From: Opitutales bacterium
GTDB lineage: Bacteria > Verrucomicrobiota > Verrucomicrobiia > Opitutales > PNEW01
DNA length: 32,000 bases
NCBI GenBank assembly: GCA_965219535.1
Contig: CBDCNV010000002.1
Span: 1,500,001 to 1,532,000, forward strand
Direction: 5' to 3'
Shown here in pieces: positions 30,753-32,000 of this stretch (the first letter of the stretch is position 1; each line of letters opens with the position of its first letter). Made by a program: the position numbers and the translations under genes. The notes under the pieces were generated by a model. That model saw only the letters and a program-made list of their open reading frames with translations, was not told the origin of the DNA and searched no databases.

Positions 30753-31673
30753 ATGCCACGGATTAATAAAAGCATCGACTTGATGGAGCGGGGGGAGACG
30801 GTCTATGTAACCTTAAAAATACCGGAGCTTAGCTATGACGCGGGCCGGGACCAGGCGCAGACCTGGGCAGATTTGATCGCAATCGATCTTGAGCACCTCG
30901 CCTACGATATCATAGGCCTGACACAATTCATGCGCGGCCTTAAAGATGGCGGGCCTACGGCGAGCGGGCACCTGACACCGACGGTGCTCGTATCTCCCCC
31001 TGCGAATTGCACGAGTATTGAGGAGGTCATTTATAACGCATGGCAAGTCAGACAGATCCTATCGACGGGTGTTCACGGTATCTACTACCCGCAAGCGCGC
31101 GATGCCGAATCAGTGAGGGCCTACGTAACGACCACCCGTTACACTTTTCAGACGATTGGACGCGACCTTGGCCTGTCCGAGGGATTACGCGGCCACGGCG
31201 GTGAGAATCAAGCGTCAGAGATCTGGGGGATCAGTCCCGCCGAGTACCTGATGAAAGCAGACCCTTGGCCTCTGAATCCCGAGGGGGAGCTTTTACTGGG
31301 GCTGAAGATCGAAGACCGGCAAGGTATAGCTAATGCCGATGCAATCGCGAGCACGCCAGGACTCGCATTTGTTGCCGTGGGCGTGGCAGATCTTTCGATG
31401 TCTCTCGGCTATCAGTCTTTTCCCGGCTGGCCGTACCCGCCTGATTTACTAAATGGGCGGTTAGCTGCAAAATCAGCCTGTGAGAAGGCAGGCATTGCCT
31501 ATTTTACGGGATGGCCTGATTCCTCATTACCCCATGACGAACAATTGAAACATCTTTTCGAGGAAGGAAGTGACAAAATGTTATTGGCGCAGAACAGGGA
31601 GTTTGCCGAAGCAGGGAGGAATTTGTCAAAAAGTCAAAAGGTCAAAAAGTCAAAAAGGAAAATGCGTTTATGA
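30753..31673 (+). CDS. divergent HpcH/HpaI-aldolase-fold protein with a repeat-encoded Lys-rich C-terminal tail
   Basis: 306-aa ORF with IDLEHLAYD (His), LKIEDRQG (Glu) and VGVADLSM (Asp). The position I align with the catalytic Arg reads TVLVSPP. The last 17 codons (LSKSQKVKKSKRKMRL) are the octamer array plus the next module. Confidence 0.65.
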   Translation: MPRINKSIDLMERGETVYVTLKIPELSYDAGRDQAQTWADLIAIDLEHLAYDIIGLTQFMRGLKDGGPTASGHLTPTVLVSPPANCTSIEEVIYNAWQVRQILSTGVHGIYYPQARDAESVRAYVTTTRYTFQTIGRDLGLSEGLRGHGGENQASEIWGISPAEYLMKADPWPLNPEGELLLGLKIEDRQGIANADAIASTPGLAFVAVGVADLSMSLGYQSFPGWPYPPDLLNGRLAAKSACEKAGIAYFTGWPDSSLPHDEQLKHLFEEGSDKMLLAQNREFAEAGRNLSKSQKVKKSKRKMRL

Positions 31674-31741
31674 GTGAAAGCGTAGATGCGGAAATGCGAT
31701 TAAATAAAATTACATTGATTTAAACATTTTGACATTTTGAC
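31625..31741. repeat. second copy of the 30596-30728 spacer; its forward arm lies inside the 3' end of the upstream CDS
   Basis: The forward arm GTCAAAAA GTCAAAAG GTCAAAAA GTCAAAAAG is at 31625-31657. The reverse arm CATTTTGAC ATTTTGAC is at 31725-31741. Confidence 0.95.
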
Positions 31742-31765
31742 TTAAATCCGCGGAAGCGGGTTTTT

Positions 31766-32000
31766 ATGCCACGGATTAATAAAAGCATTGAGTTGATGGA
31801 GCTGGGGGAGCCGGCCTATGTCACGATGGTGAGGAACGAGCTCACATATGATGCGGGCAGGGAATGGGCGAAGACATGGGCGGATATCATCTGGATAGAT
31901 TTCGAATATAATATCTATGACTTGGTCGGCCTGTCGAAATTCATGCGCGGGCTCAAAGAAGGCGGTCCCACGGCGAGCGGGCATGCCACACCGACGGTTG
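31766..32000 (+). CDS. tandem paralogue of the divergent HpcH-fold gene, 5' part only (runs off the window)
   Basis: The ATG is at 31766. My translation MPRINKSIELMELGEPAYVTMVRNELTYDAGREWAKTWADIIWIDFEYNIYDLVGLSKFMRGLKEGGPTASGHATPTV is roughly two-thirds identical to the N-terminus of 30753-31673. It is not in the ORF track because it is open-ended. Confidence 0.65.
   Translation, partial: MPRINKSIELMELGEPAYVTMVRNELTYDAGREWAKTWADIIWIDFEYNIYDLVGLSKFMRGLKEGGPTASGHATPTV

Overview
About 20 protein-coding genes and two IS elements. The gene content suggests a marine heterotroph of PVC-like type (FAD_oxidored-type flavoprotein, many PhyH dioxygenases, few Shine-Dalgarno sites), but the taxon cannot be fixed from this sequence. 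All family calls are by eye or from memory; no searches were run.

Genes present:
- six Fe(II)/2-oxoglutarate PhyH-family dioxygenases (three form one tight subfamily, two of those in tandem)
- three HpcH/HpaI-aldolase-fold genes (two in tandem)
- a class-III aminotransferase and a pyruvate kinase
- two tandem 1084/1091-aa fusions of a family-5 solute-binding domain to a DppB/OppB-type ABC permease
- an alpha/beta hydrolase, a membrane PEMT/ICMT-type methyltransferase, a GH-like 719-aa protein, a flavoprotein and a secreted Ig-repeat protein
- two decayed genes: an SDR epimerase split at a 55-bp tandem duplication, and an aldo-keto reductase with a G7 frameshift plus a TAA

The most unusual property is non-coding. 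No two genes are closer than 82 bp. Roughly 4.8 kb (about 15 percent) of the window is spacer built from a small vocabulary of 7-9-nt and 18-nt tandem words plus hairpin modules. These obey a polarity rule: GTCAAAAG-type units sit at the left edge of most spacers and their reverse complement at the right edge. As a result, most genes on either strand are preceded by YTTTTGAC units and followed by GTCAAAAG units.

The modules also reach into coding sequence, supplying a start region, a 17-codon Lys-rich tail and a premature stop. Strong hairpins sit on many start and stop codons. One PhyH paralogue carries H-R-G where the family normally has the H-x-D iron ligands, which is a halogenase-like signature.
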